A DNA stretch of 64,000 nucleotides, taken from the NCBI GenBank assembly GCA_041586735.1, contig JBFGZQ010000013.1, forward strand, positions 23,186 to 87,185, given 5' to 3'. This DNA comes from Motiliproteus sp. GTDB taxonomy: Bacteria; Pseudomonadota; Gammaproteobacteria; Pseudomonadales; Balneatricaceae. A program made the position numbers and the translations under genes. Below are positions 39,255 to 49,372 of the stretch, one piece after another. The notes beneath the pieces are model-generated. The model was not told the origin of the DNA. It worked only from the letters and a program-made list of their open reading frames with translations, and searched no databases. The first letter of the stretch is position 1. The number at the start of each line of letters is the position of its first letter.

Positions 39255-40919
39255 TCAGGGGGTGAATGATTTGATTGCAACCGAGAGGTCTTTGCTAGCC
39301 AAGCTAATTGCTTTAGCCTCCTCATACAGGTCTTTAGTATCGGCTTCTATTGATGCTGCATCAGCATACCGAGGGCTATCTATCCCTTCATCTTCGCAAA
39401 CATCCTTTCCAACGGAACCGGCATACCAGAAAAACCAGTGACCGTCTTTGAGAGTTATGACGTATGTGTCTGGAGAATGAACTTCCAGCCTACCTAGATA
39501 TGAAAGAACGAACTGCCTTAGCCTTACCCTATCAGACCTAAGATCGTCATAGACGTATCGTGCCTCGCTAAAGCTAAGTAACTGCTTCGACTCAACCTCC
39601 AAGCCTTGCAGCTCGTCTTCTAGCAAGGCTCTTTGATTGGCTGCATCCTCGGCAACTAGCTTAGCTTTTTCACTAAGTGAGGCAGAGGTACTAAAATACT
39701 GTTCCGCCGCTTTATCCTCGCGTTGCTTCAACTCCTCGATCTTAAATTTCAATGATTCAATCGTATCCGCTGTTTCTCCCGTCCAATCGGTTCCCTGATT
39801 GCGTAAAGATCGCAACATTCCTCTAACCACTTCCATTTCTAATCGCAGATACGGTACCCAAGGCAAAGAACACCCATTTTTAGCTAAACGCCCCGAGCAC
39901 ACCACGTAGCACACCCATTTCACACCAGACTTCACCCGCCTATAGTGAAGAGGGCAACCACATTCATTACAGTAAATTTTCCGCTGAAAAACGTTTGCCG
40001 AATCCTGGCTATTACCCGTCCGACCTTTGTTCAGCCTATTCTGCTTTGAGATCTGTTTGATTCTTGAGTGCTGCTCCATAGTTATGATCGCAGGATAGAA
40101 ACCATCTATGGGCGGCAACTCCTTACCCTCTAACCCCCTATGCGGGATGTACTGACCTGCTAGTGACGGGTTAAGCATAATTTTTCGAACAGCCCCTTTA
40201 CTCCAAGAGGTAGGATTGCGCTCACCAGTCTCCCTGTTAATCCTGCCATAACCAAACGTAGGAACACTTTCTGCGTTTAAAACATTAGTGATATGTACAG
40301 CCCCCTTACCCTGATTCAGGTAAAGATCGACCATACGCTCAACCACAGCTTTACGCTCTGGGTTAAAGACCCAGTTGTTCTGTTCGTCCAGATCAAGCCA
40401 CTTAGGAGCTATACCACGATGCTTTTTCTTTCCCTCTCGGATGGCCTTATGAGCCTTCTGAGCACGGTCTGACTTAGTAGCACTCTCATCATATGCTCTT
40501 TGCATCGAGGCTATTGCCATGAAGAGTAAGCCAGGATTTATTGAGATTGTTTCTCTACTGTAACTTGTTGGCTCACCGATCAGAGTGGTGATAATCACTC
40601 CAGCTTGAACGATCTGAGTGAACTGGGAGAATGCATTCAACACCTCCTCACGTGACAACCTATCAAGTGACTCTGATAAAAGGATGCAAGGGGTCTTGAT
40701 CCTCCCAGCGTTCAAGCAATCTAAGAACACCCCTAATCGACCGTTTACACTGTTATCCCCGTGATAACCACTAAGACCTAAGTCAACATAACGCTCGGGA
40801 TCAATCAGGGTAAGGTTATAATTGTCTGCATACTCAACAGCTCGTTCAATTTGACGCTGAATACCGCCACCAAGCCGCTGCTTATCGCTACTGATACGGG
40901 CGTAAAGGTACGCGTCCAT
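39255..40919 (-). CDS. Large serine recombinase (integrase)
   Basis: 554 aa. It has an N-terminal resolvase domain with the catalytic Ser in LYARISSDKQ, a recombinase domain, a Cys-rich zinc-ribbon region (CNECGCPLH..CSGRLAKNGC), a coiled coil (KFKIEELKQREDKAAEQ...) and an acidic C-terminus. Confidence 0.9.
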   Translation of the reverse strand: MDAYLYARISSDKQRLGGGIQRQIERAVEYADNYNLTLIDPERYVDLGLSGYHGDNSVNGRLGVFLDCLNAGRIKTPCILLSESLDRLSREEVLNAFSQFTQIVQAGVIITTLIGEPTSYSRETISINPGLLFMAIASMQRAYDESATKSDRAQKAHKAIREGKKKHRGIAPKWLDLDEQNNWVFNPERKAVVERMVDLYLNQGKGAVHITNVLNAESVPTFGYGRINRETGERNPTSWSKGAVRKIMLNPSLAGQYIPHRGLEGKELPPIDGFYPAIITMEQHSRIKQISKQNRLNKGRTGNSQDSANVFQRKIYCNECGCPLHYRRVKSGVKWVCYVVCSGRLAKNGCSLPWVPYLRLEMEVVRGMLRSLRNQGTDWTGETADTIESLKFKIEELKQREDKAAEQYFSTSASLSEKAKLVAEDAANQRALLEDELQGLEVESKQLLSFSEARYVYDDLRSDRVRLRQFVLSYLGRLEVHSPDTYVITLKDGHWFFWYAGSVGKDVCEDEGIDSPRYADAASIEADTKDLYEEAKAISLASKDLSVAIKSFTP

Positions 40920-40969
40920 AACTCACTCTCCCCAGAAGATGAGATAGACAATAGCATGTTAGAATGTAT

Positions 40970-41056
40970 AACTACAGCGAGTACGAAGCCGACCTCGTGA
41001 CTCGTATCGGCGACACCACGCCACACCGGGTCAAATACAAAAAGATCGACGCGTAA
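40970..41056 (+). pseudogene. ettA: Displaced original 3' end of ettA (attR side)
   Basis: It reads NYSEYEADLVTRIGDTTPHRVKYKKIDA*, with GC3-rich host-like codons. It is collinear with 35271-35357 and followed by the original terminator. No start codon or upstream reading frame exists. Confidence 0.85.
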
Positions 41057-41078
41057 CCACCCGCACATCCGCATCCAC

Positions 41079-41112
41079 AGGGCGCTAACACACTATATAG
41101 CGCCCTTTTTTA
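41079..41112 (+). terminator. Orphaned original ettA terminator
   Basis: AGGGCGCTA-(10 nt)-TAGCGCCCT followed by TTTTTT, 23 nt after the displaced stop codon. Confidence 0.75.
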
Positions 41113-41250
41113 TCTCTGAGCCATCGTCCTGCGTTCTTATGTACCACGACCTATTGCGTACCACCACCTCAAGTTCAGCCACCCCCATCTGAGCCCGCTC
41201 CAGGCATAGGCTGCTATACCTTGAGATAAGGATACAGATGGATTCGAGCA

Positions 41251-42507
41251 ATGGAACACAGCCTGCAGCATCTACTGTTACTAGGATCGGCACTGGCAAT
41301 CGGCCTGCTCATCGGCGTTGAACGCGGCTGGAGCTCTCGCGACCTTGCAGACGGCAAGCGTATGGCAGGACTGCGGACATTTGGGCTGACCGGCTTGCTT
41401 GGCGGACTATCAGGCCTGCTGACCCAGCTGCTCGGTGAGCTTATTCTCGCCACCGGGCTTGCAGCCATCGCCGCGCTAGTCATCACCGCCTATCTGAGTA
41501 ACAGACGTTACAGCGCCAACATTAGCGCCACCACCCATGTCGCCATGCTCACCACATTTTTACTCGGTGCCTTAGCAGGACTGGATCAGGTAATCATCGC
41601 CGCCGCCTGCGCGGTGATCACCACGCTACTACTGCGCTGCAAACGCTTTCTACATCGGCTACTACTGCAATTATCCCAACCCGAACTCAACGCCGGGCTT
41701 CAGCTGCTCATTATCTCTCTGGTGCTATTACCGGTCTTGCCAAATAAGGGCTACGGCCCCTGGCAAGCACTAAACCCCTATGAGATCTGGTGGATGGTAG
41801 TCCTGATCGCAGCAATCTCTTTTATCGGCTACTTTTTGATCAGAATAATGGGCGCCCAGCGTGGTATTTTAATGACCGGGCTCGCAGGCGGGCTGCTTTC
41901 ATCAACCGCATTGACGCTGCAGTTATCAAGGCTCGCATACGCCCATCCTGCCCTACAACGCCCGTGCTCTGTCGGTATATTAACGGCATGCGGAGTGATG
42001 TTTATTCGGGTAACGCTGATAGCGGGACTGATCAATCCAGCACTGATCATTAAACTTTATATCCCAATGATCACCATGTCAGCGGTAGTTTTTAGCTGCG
42101 CCACGCTCATTTTCCTTCAAGAAAAGAGCACAACCAGCGCCAACCCCGCTCCGTCAAGAAACCCCCTGGAGCTCGCACCCGCACTGGTATTTGGCTTGCT
42201 GTTAGCGGCAGTCGCTCTGCTAAGCCAGGCGATGCGCGAATGGATGGGAGACGCTGGTATTCTGCTACTGGCGGCAGCCTCGGGAATCGCCGATGTCGAT
42301 GCAATCAACCTCACCCTCTCCAGAATGGCAAAAAGCGACATCCAACTAGAGACTGCAACTCAGGGAATCATTCTGGCAAGTGCGTCCAACACCCTACTCA
42401 AAGGCGGACTCGCTGTGTTTTCTGGAGGAGTGATCATGATTCGCTGGATAACGCTGCCACTACTGCTAGCAGCGATCAGCGGCTTGCTGTGCATCTGGCT
42501 ACAATGA
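41251..42507 (+). CDS. MgtC/SapB-family N-terminal domain fused to a DUF4010-type membrane domain
   Basis: 418 aa and polytopic. The N-terminus (LLLLGSALAIGLLIGVERGWS...AGLRTFGLTGLLGG) is MgtC-like. Confidence 0.65.
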   Translation: MEHSLQHLLLLGSALAIGLLIGVERGWSSRDLADGKRMAGLRTFGLTGLLGGLSGLLTQLLGELILATGLAAIAALVITAYLSNRRYSANISATTHVAMLTTFLLGALAGLDQVIIAAACAVITTLLLRCKRFLHRLLLQLSQPELNAGLQLLIISLVLLPVLPNKGYGPWQALNPYEIWWMVVLIAAISFIGYFLIRIMGAQRGILMTGLAGGLLSSTALTLQLSRLAYAHPALQRPCSVGILTACGVMFIRVTLIAGLINPALIIKLYIPMITMSAVVFSCATLIFLQEKSTTSANPAPSRNPLELAPALVFGLLLAAVALLSQAMREWMGDAGILLLAAASGIADVDAINLTLSRMAKSDIQLETATQGIILASASNTLLKGGLAVFSGGVIMIRWITLPLLLAAISGLLCIWLQ

Positions 42508-42587
42508 TGCATACAGCATTCGACTGAAGACAGCCAACACCATCGAACAGAAGCCTGCTCTATGAGCCAGACAGCGCCACGCAGAGA

Positions 42588-43445
42588 CTAATCGATCTCA
42601 ACAGCACTGCGAATGCGCTCTTGACGTTCCTGCTCCTCCATAAAGGCTGCCTTGATCTCTTCCAGCACCCCATCCACATCCGCCGTATGCAGATCTTCCT
42701 CAAAGTAACCCGTCAGCTCAACATCGGGATGCAGATCACCACTCTCGTACAGACTCCAGATCTCTTTGGCGTACTGGGTACCGAGCAACTCAGGTGCGTA
42801 CTGAGCGTAATAGGCGGTCATGTTATTGACATCCCGCTCCAGCATCCACTGGGCATGGTTATTCCCAGCCGCATCGACAGCCTGTGGCAGATCGATAATC
42901 ACCGGACCATAAGAATCCACCAGCACGTTAAACTCTGACAGATCACCGTGCACCAAGCCGGCACAAAGCATACGCACCACATCGCCAATGACTGCCGCAT
43001 GATCCTCCACCGCTTGCTCAGCAGACATGGAGACATCATTCAAGCGGGGCGCCACTTGACCCGCATCATCGGTGACCAACTCCATCAGCAACACACCGTC
43101 AAAACAGCCATAGGGCTGAGGGACGCGCACACCCACCTTCGCCAAGCGATACAGCGCATCGACCTCGGCATTGTGCCAGGCGTCTTCCTGCTGACTACGA
43201 CCGAACTTGGAGCCCTTTTCCATCGCCCGAGCCCGCCGACTATTGCGAACCTTGCGGCCTTCTTGGTACTGAACGGCTTGCCTGAAACTGCGCTTATCCG
43301 CTTCCTTATAGACCTTCGCACAGCGAATTTCTGAACCGCAGCGTACGACATAAACCGTCGCTTCTTTACCGCTCATCAGCTGACGAAGAACTTCATCAAT
43401 CACACCCTCTTCAACCAAGGGCTGGATTCGTTTAGGAATTTTCAT
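42588..43445 (-). CDS. RIO1-like atypical protein kinase
   Basis: 285 aa with GKEATVY..AKVYK (ATP lysine), a catalytic LVHGDLSEFNVLV, and IIDLPQAVD. Confidence 0.75.
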   Translation of the reverse strand: MKIPKRIQPLVEEGVIDEVLRQLMSGKEATVYVVRCGSEIRCAKVYKEADKRSFRQAVQYQEGRKVRNSRRARAMEKGSKFGRSQQEDAWHNAEVDALYRLAKVGVRVPQPYGCFDGVLLMELVTDDAGQVAPRLNDVSMSAEQAVEDHAAVIGDVVRMLCAGLVHGDLSEFNVLVDSYGPVIIDLPQAVDAAGNNHAQWMLERDVNNMTAYYAQYAPELLGTQYAKEIWSLYESGDLHPDVELTGYFEEDLHTADVDGVLEEIKAAFMEEQERQERIRSAVEID

Positions 43446-43552
43446 GGTATTTATTGGCTTTCAGGCCACGCATAAGGAGTTTACCGGCATAAGAGAGACT
43501 GACACCTAGATGCGAATACAGACTCAGCACCGGTCCCAATCAACCAACCAAC

Positions 43553-43587
43553 AAAAAAGGGCAAGACTGAAAGTCTTACCCTTTTTT
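43553..43587 (-). terminator. Rho-independent terminator downstream of the csp gene (bidirectional shape)
   Basis: AAAAAA-GGGCAAGACT-gaa-AGTCTTACCC-TTTTTT with one mismatch in the stem. Confidence 0.75.
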
Positions 43588-43655
43588 CGCTCAACCCCTA
43601 ATACGGGGGAGATAGGCTGACCTACAAAATAGGCAAGCCAGATAGCAATCTAAAA

Positions 43656-43862
43656 TTAGATAGCTACGATGTTCTCTGCCTGTGGGCCTTTCTGGCCTTG
43701 AGTCACAGTGAACTGTACTTTCTGGCCTTCAACCAGGGTTTTGAAGCCTGAACCAGAGATAGCGCTGAAGTGAGCGAAAACGTCTGGACCAGACTCTTGC
43801 TCGATGAAACCAAAGCCTTTAGCTTCGTTGAACCACTTAACGGTACCAGTAGTTGTAGACAT
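43656..43862 (-). CDS. Cold-shock domain protein (CspA family)
   Basis: 68 aa with RNP1 (KGFGFI) and RNP2 (VFAHF). A long upstream untranslated region is typical of csp genes. Confidence 0.95.
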   Translation of the reverse strand: MSTTTGTVKWFNEAKGFGFIEQESGPDVFAHFSAISGSGFKTLVEGQKVQFTVTQGQKGPQAENIVAI

Positions 43863-44251
43863 AGTTATTTCCTATAAATCAAGAGTAATTGGAGCCTCAT
43901 AACAAGGCTTATTTGCTGGAAGTGTTGCGATTACTTATGAAGAACAGGACGAGGCACTAAAGACAGGACTTCGAAAATCTGCGCATAAATATCAGACGTA
44001 CTTTCAAGCTGTTCTAAAGTATATATAGCTCCCCCTCGTTGTCAACACCCATCGCTGTAAATTTCACCTGGCCCGCTGACATAGCCATTATTTCATAAGT
44101 CAACTATCAGCTATGGAGCAACTATAGGCCAACCATAGACTAAGCATCAGTCGCTTGCCGTCCAAGTCACACATGGGTATGGTGCGAACTCTCCATTATC
44201 GCACTCTCGGCCGCACCAACCCCTACAGCCTACTGATCCCGCAAGGAGCAC

Positions 44252-45277
44252 TTGATGCCCAGCTCGCCTTCACGCCATACAACCCTCAAGCGCCCCTTGG
44301 TCTTAGCTGCCGCGCTCATATTCAACTCCGCTGTTGCGGCCGATAGCCCAGTACTTCATTACGACGGCCAGACCTACCAGCAACAGACCCTACCCGCCGC
44401 GGTGCAGACGTCGCTGCATAAGCTGGAGCAACAGCACCATCAACAGCGCCTGGAAGTGTTCAACAACTATGTCGTAAACCGCTACGTTCGCGAGCTGGCA
44501 GAACAACAAAACAAGCCCTTCCTGCAACTACAACAAGAACTACTCAGCGCCCCTGCGCCCAGCAGCCTGCAGATCGAAGCCTTTTACAACGCCAACAGGG
44601 CGCGCATCTCCGGCACACTACAACAGGTACAAGACGGGATAGCTGAATACCTCCAACAACAGACGATGCTAGAACAGCAGCGGGCGCTACTGAGTCAAAT
44701 TGCTGCTGAAAAAGGCTACCTTGTCGAACTACCCGCATTGCCGATACTTCGCCTGCCTATCGAACTGGCGGGCCACCCCAGCAGAGGCAACCCCAATGCC
44801 AAAATCACCCTGGTAGAGTTTGCCGATTACCAATGCCCGCATTGCAAGGATGCCGGCCCGGTGGTTAAAAAACTGCTGGAGCAGTACGGTGAGCAGGTCC
44901 GCTTGGTGTTCCGTGACTTCCCCATCAATCAATCCGGTATCTCCCGCACCATCGCCGAGGCCGCCGTCTGCGCCGATCAGCAAGGGATGTACTGGCCCTT
45001 CCACGAACTGGCATTCTCCCGCCAGGCCTACCTTAAATCGGTGACCGCGGAGATGTTAGCGACCGAGCTAGGCATGAATATCGACGCCCTCAACAGCTGC
45101 CTCAAGACCGGCAAAGCGCAAGCCCAGGTTGCGGCCTCTGCGGACGAAGCCCGAGAGCTCGGCGTCAGCAGCACCCCGACATTTTTTGTTAACGGCCGCC
45201 CGCTACCCCACAGCCACGGGGACCTAGGCACCGATATCAGCGCCTTAATCGATCAAGAGCTCCAAGCCAAGCCCTAG
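44252..45277 (+). CDS. DsbA-family thiol:disulfide oxidoreductase with an N-terminal helical extension
   Basis: It has a signal-like N-terminus, a thioredoxin fold with CPHC (EFADYQCPHCKDAG), and GVSSTPTFFVNG. The start codon is uncertain. Confidence 0.7.
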   Translation: MMPSSPSRHTTLKRPLVLAAALIFNSAVAADSPVLHYDGQTYQQQTLPAAVQTSLHKLEQQHHQQRLEVFNNYVVNRYVRELAEQQNKPFLQLQQELLSAPAPSSLQIEAFYNANRARISGTLQQVQDGIAEYLQQQTMLEQQRALLSQIAAEKGYLVELPALPILRLPIELAGHPSRGNPNAKITLVEFADYQCPHCKDAGPVVKKLLEQYGEQVRLVFRDFPINQSGISRTIAEAAVCADQQGMYWPFHELAFSRQAYLKSVTAEMLATELGMNIDALNSCLKTGKAQAQVAASADEARELGVSSTPTFFVNGRPLPHSHGDLGTDISALIDQELQAKP

Positions 45278-45381
45278 CCCTTAGGATCAGCGCCTCGCCG
45301 AGGCGCTGATCTACCCACCGCAGCCGCACTCTGCGTATTCCAAGCCACCCAAACCACCTAATTGAGAAGAGCCTAAACACC

Positions 45382-45897
45382 ATGACCCCCGAGCAGCTAG
45401 CGTGCATCGAACAGCAATTAGGCCGAACACCCCGCGGACTCGCAGAGATCGCCTTGCAAAGCCCTGACGGCATTCCGATAGTCCTGAGAATGGAGTCGCT
45501 GGTCGATGATGAGCCGTTTCCGACCCTGTACTGGCTCTGCTCTACAGATCTACACCGGGCCATCAGCCGCATCGAAACCGCCGGCTGGGTCAAGCAGATC
45601 GAACAGCAACTGCAGATCGACACCGAGCTTAACGCGCGCTACCAGCAAAATCATCGCGATTACGTGCACAGCCGTGATCACTATATGAGCAGCGCACAGC
45701 GCCAACGCATTGCCGAGCTAGGATTTTCGCACCTGTTTCAGCGCTATGGTATCGGCGGCATCGCCCAATGGGACAAGGTGCGCTGCCTGCATATGCAGTA
45801 CGCCCACTATCTATGCGGAGAGGGTGAAAATAGCAACGTTATTGGCGCACTTATGGAGCAAGAGTTCAGCCTGTCGCGGCTAACCATCACCCGCTAG
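45382..45897 (+). CDS. DUF501-family protein
   Basis: 171 aa. PFPTLYWLC and ..GGI.. regions recall DUF501. This is by recollection only. Confidence 0.5.
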   Translation: MTPEQLACIEQQLGRTPRGLAEIALQSPDGIPIVLRMESLVDDEPFPTLYWLCSTDLHRAISRIETAGWVKQIEQQLQIDTELNARYQQNHRDYVHSRDHYMSSAQRQRIAELGFSHLFQRYGIGGIAQWDKVRCLHMQYAHYLCGEGENSNVIGALMEQEFSLSRLTITR

Positions 45898-45967
45898 TCC
45901 AGCCCCAGCAAGCACTAGCCCTAAACCTGCATGGCCTTAGAGACCGACCCGGCCCAAGAGTTCAGCG

Positions 45968-46029
45968 CTCGATGCATACCGTCCGGGACATCGCCTCTCC
46001 GGCATCCCTGCCTCTCGATGCATACCGTC
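45968..46029. repeat. 17-bp direct repeat CTCGATGCATACCGTCC x2
   Basis: Exact copies at 45968-45984 and 46013-46029 in a convergent intergenic region. Confidence 0.8.
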
Positions 46030-46042
46030 CATCCCTGGACAT

Positions 46043-46069
46043 AAAAACGGCCAGATAATTATCTGGCCG
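46043..46069 (-). terminator. Terminator downstream of the ferredoxin gene
   Basis: A perfect 22-nt palindrome, CGGCCAGATAATTATCTGGCCG, is followed by a T-run on the minus strand. Confidence 0.7.
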
Positions 46070-46093
46070 TCGGACGTACAACAAAGAACACTA

Positions 46094-46345
<252 letters not shown>

Positions 46346-46377
46346 CTACCTCTATTCGCGTATATTCGTGGCGCGGG

Positions 46378-46932
<555 letters not shown>

Positions 46933-46976
46933 CTATACATATACCCGCACAACCCCATAAAAACGGCTGTTTATCG

Positions 46977-48251
46977 ATGATTTTTACTCTACTGACGACC
47001 AACCCCCGGCCACTTGCCGCCCTACTCGGCTGCGTGCTGCTCAGTGGCTGTGAGAGCCTGAAGAGCGTTGATCAGGGGCTGTACCGTATCGCCGAATCCG
47101 TATCAGAACAGGATCGCGTTACCGGACAACGCAGTCTGAGCCTGGCCTCGCGCAGCGAACAGATCAGTCGCGGCAACGCCATCGTAGAACAGCTGCTGGC
47201 CCAGGAGCAACAGCAGGGCAAGCGGGTCAACCAGCAGCTCGACAAAGCCCAGTACTGGCGCATGATCCAGATCTTCGATCGTATCCACCGGATCAGCCAT
47301 CTGCATGATGAACGCTGGCAGCCGGTGCTGATCGATCGAGATAGTTTCAACGCGTTCACCACCGGGGGCACCTACGTGGTGGTGCATTTAGGCCTGATGC
47401 AACAACTGCAAAATGACGATGAGGTCGCTGCCGTGCTGGCCCACGAGATCGCCCACACGGTAGCCAATCACGTCTTCGAAGGGCAGTCCTTGGCACAGGT
47501 CACCGCCCTGGCAAACTCTAACTCAGCCAGCCGGGATGGCTACCAGGCGGCCTTTACCCACGACAACGAACGTGAAGCCGATCGTATCGGGGTGCTCTAT
47601 AGCGCCCTCAGCGGCTATGACCCTCTGGCGGCCAGCCGTATCTGGAAGCGCCAGTTTGAAGCCCAAGGCAATCAACGTGCGCTGTTTTTCCACTCCCATC
47701 CGGTCAACAGTGACCGTGAACAAGAAAACCGCGAGCACGGTGAAAAAGTTAGTACTTACTATCAACCCAGTCAAGTCAACCCCAATCACGCAGCGCTGCT
47801 GGAGGACAACGTCCTCTGGAGCAAGCGCAGTGCTGAGCAGACCCGCGGCGGCGATGGCGGGGGCGTAGCGGCCTTGACCAGCACCCTGTTCGGCGCCTAT
47901 GTTCAGCACCAGCAGGCCAAGCAGGGCGAGCAACAACAAATCCAGCAGATGCAACTGGTTCGTTATGTACAGACCCAGCTGAAGATCACCGGGGACAGCC
48001 GCCCGGCAGCAGACCGTTGGCGGCTACAGCTGACCTATTCCGGAGAGATCAGCTTACGAGGCCTGACGATGGGGGGAAAGATCGACCAGGGCAACGATAA
48101 ACCCGCCCTGATTATGATTGCCCACACGGACAAGGTACTACGCGCGGGAAGCTCGTTCGAACTGGAGTTCAAACACAGCGCGCTGACGGCCGTGCAGCAA
48201 CCACGCAAAGCTGTTCAGCTCTATCTCGACGATGCCTTGCCAGAACAGTAG
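46977..48251 (+). CDS. M48-family zinc metalloprotease lipoprotein
   Basis: It has a lipobox (LLSGC) and an HExxH motif (LAHEIAHTVANH). The C-terminal 150 aa or so have no family I recognise. Confidence 0.7.
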   Translation: MIFTLLTTNPRPLAALLGCVLLSGCESLKSVDQGLYRIAESVSEQDRVTGQRSLSLASRSEQISRGNAIVEQLLAQEQQQGKRVNQQLDKAQYWRMIQIFDRIHRISHLHDERWQPVLIDRDSFNAFTTGGTYVVVHLGLMQQLQNDDEVAAVLAHEIAHTVANHVFEGQSLAQVTALANSNSASRDGYQAAFTHDNEREADRIGVLYSALSGYDPLAASRIWKRQFEAQGNQRALFFHSHPVNSDREQENREHGEKVSTYYQPSQVNPNHAALLEDNVLWSKRSAEQTRGGDGGGVAALTSTLFGAYVQHQQAKQGEQQQIQQMQLVRYVQTQLKITGDSRPAADRWRLQLTYSGEISLRGLTMGGKIDQGNDKPALIMIAHTDKVLRAGSSFELEFKHSALTAVQQPRKAVQLYLDDALPEQ

Positions 48252-48343
48252 CACCGCGGTTGCAAGGCGTTTGATTGAAACAGACTCAGTCGCCACTGTA
48301 TCGTGGTAGCTGGTGGCGGAGCTGCGAGTTATCGACGCGAGTA

Positions 48344-49219
48344 CTATTTAGGCGTGCGTAGCACTTTTTTCTCGTTCAAGCGCAGCGAACGCAGGCTCCG
48401 TCTGATCGCCTTGAGATGATCAATCACTCCCGGCCCCAGCTTCATCGCCAACCCCACCGCCAGGACATCGATCACTACCAGCTGCACTACCCGGGAAGAC
48501 ATCAGTGCACTAAGATCTTTATCTTCTTCAAGGTCGATATGGATCGGAATGGTCGCCAACTCAGACAACGGGGTAGCGCCTGGGCACAGCGCTATCACCT
48601 GTGCTCCTTGCGCCATCGCTAATCGAGCAGAGTGCAACAGATCCTTGGTACGGCCGGTCTGAGACACGGCCACCACCACATCACCCTCCGACAGGGTGAC
48701 GGCGGCGATCGATTGCAGATGCGGGTCGGAGTAAGCCACGGCATTAACGCGCAGGCGGTGAAACTTATGTTGCGCATCGGTGCACACGGCAGCGGATGCG
48801 CCGAAGCCATAAAATTCGACCCGACTCGCCAGGGCCAGCGCTTCTATGGCCTGCTCTAGCCTCTCGGGGTCGAGCGCCTCACGAATATTGATCAGATTAC
48901 CGATGGTCGAATCAAAAATCTTTTGCTTGAAATCGTTAACCGTATCTTTTTTATCGAGAGCAAACTGTTCAAAACTGGAACTAGCCCCCAACACTTGCGC
49001 CAACGTGAGCTTAAAATCTTGAAAGCCATCGTAGTTAAGCGCCCGGCAGAATCGGACCACGGTCGGCTCACTGACCTGCGCCTCAGCAGCCAGATCCACA
49101 ATGCGCATATGGATAATCTCTTTAGGCTGCGCCAATACATAATCGGCGACCTTTTGCTCAGACTTGCGCAATTCAGGCCGAGCATCGGCGATCGCTTTAA
49201 GTACGTTAATCGAATTCAA
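48344..49219 (-). CDS. RpiR/MurR-family transcriptional regulator (HexR-like)
   Basis: It has an N-terminal HTH (SEPTVVRFCRALNYDGFQDFK) and a SIS domain (FYGFGASAAV..SQTGRTKD). Confidence 0.8.
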   Translation of the reverse strand: MNSINVLKAIADARPELRKSEQKVADYVLAQPKEIIHMRIVDLAAEAQVSEPTVVRFCRALNYDGFQDFKLTLAQVLGASSSFEQFALDKKDTVNDFKQKIFDSTIGNLINIREALDPERLEQAIEALALASRVEFYGFGASAAVCTDAQHKFHRLRVNAVAYSDPHLQSIAAVTLSEGDVVVAVSQTGRTKDLLHSARLAMAQGAQVIALCPGATPLSELATIPIHIDLEEDKDLSALMSSRVVQLVVIDVLAVGLAMKLGPGVIDHLKAIRRSLRSLRLNEKKVLRTPK

Positions 49220-49372
49220 ACAGCTATTTCCCTTGTGACGACCGACAAAGCACGACCAGCAAACTACAACAGGCTCTAGGGTATCAAAAAATCGCCGCTG
49301 CTGGGGAACAGCGATACTTTAAAAGCACTCCAAGTTGACAGCCAAAAAACATCAAACCGTTTACCACAGCGC

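Larger units (their letters stand above)
35271..40969. mobile_element. 5.7-kb integrated island in the 3' end of ettA, bounded by an AACTACAG core, carrying a large serine recombinase
   Basis: An 87-nt duplication of the ettA 3' end sits at 35271-35357 and 40970-41056. By hand alignment 66 of 87 nt are identical. Sampled island lines are about 35-42% GC, against about 55-65% in the flanks. The recombinase gene starts 50 bp from the right junction. Confidence 0.85.

Noticed and set aside
40805-41074. 89-aa minus-strand ORF spanning the island junction
   Set aside because: It overlaps the recombinase start out of frame and runs antisense through the displaced ettA fragment, so it is an artefact of the junction.
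41093-41486. 68-aa and 90-aa minus-strand ORFs after the island
   Set aside because: One covers the orphaned ettA terminator and the other is antisense to the MgtC-family gene. Neither has coding features.
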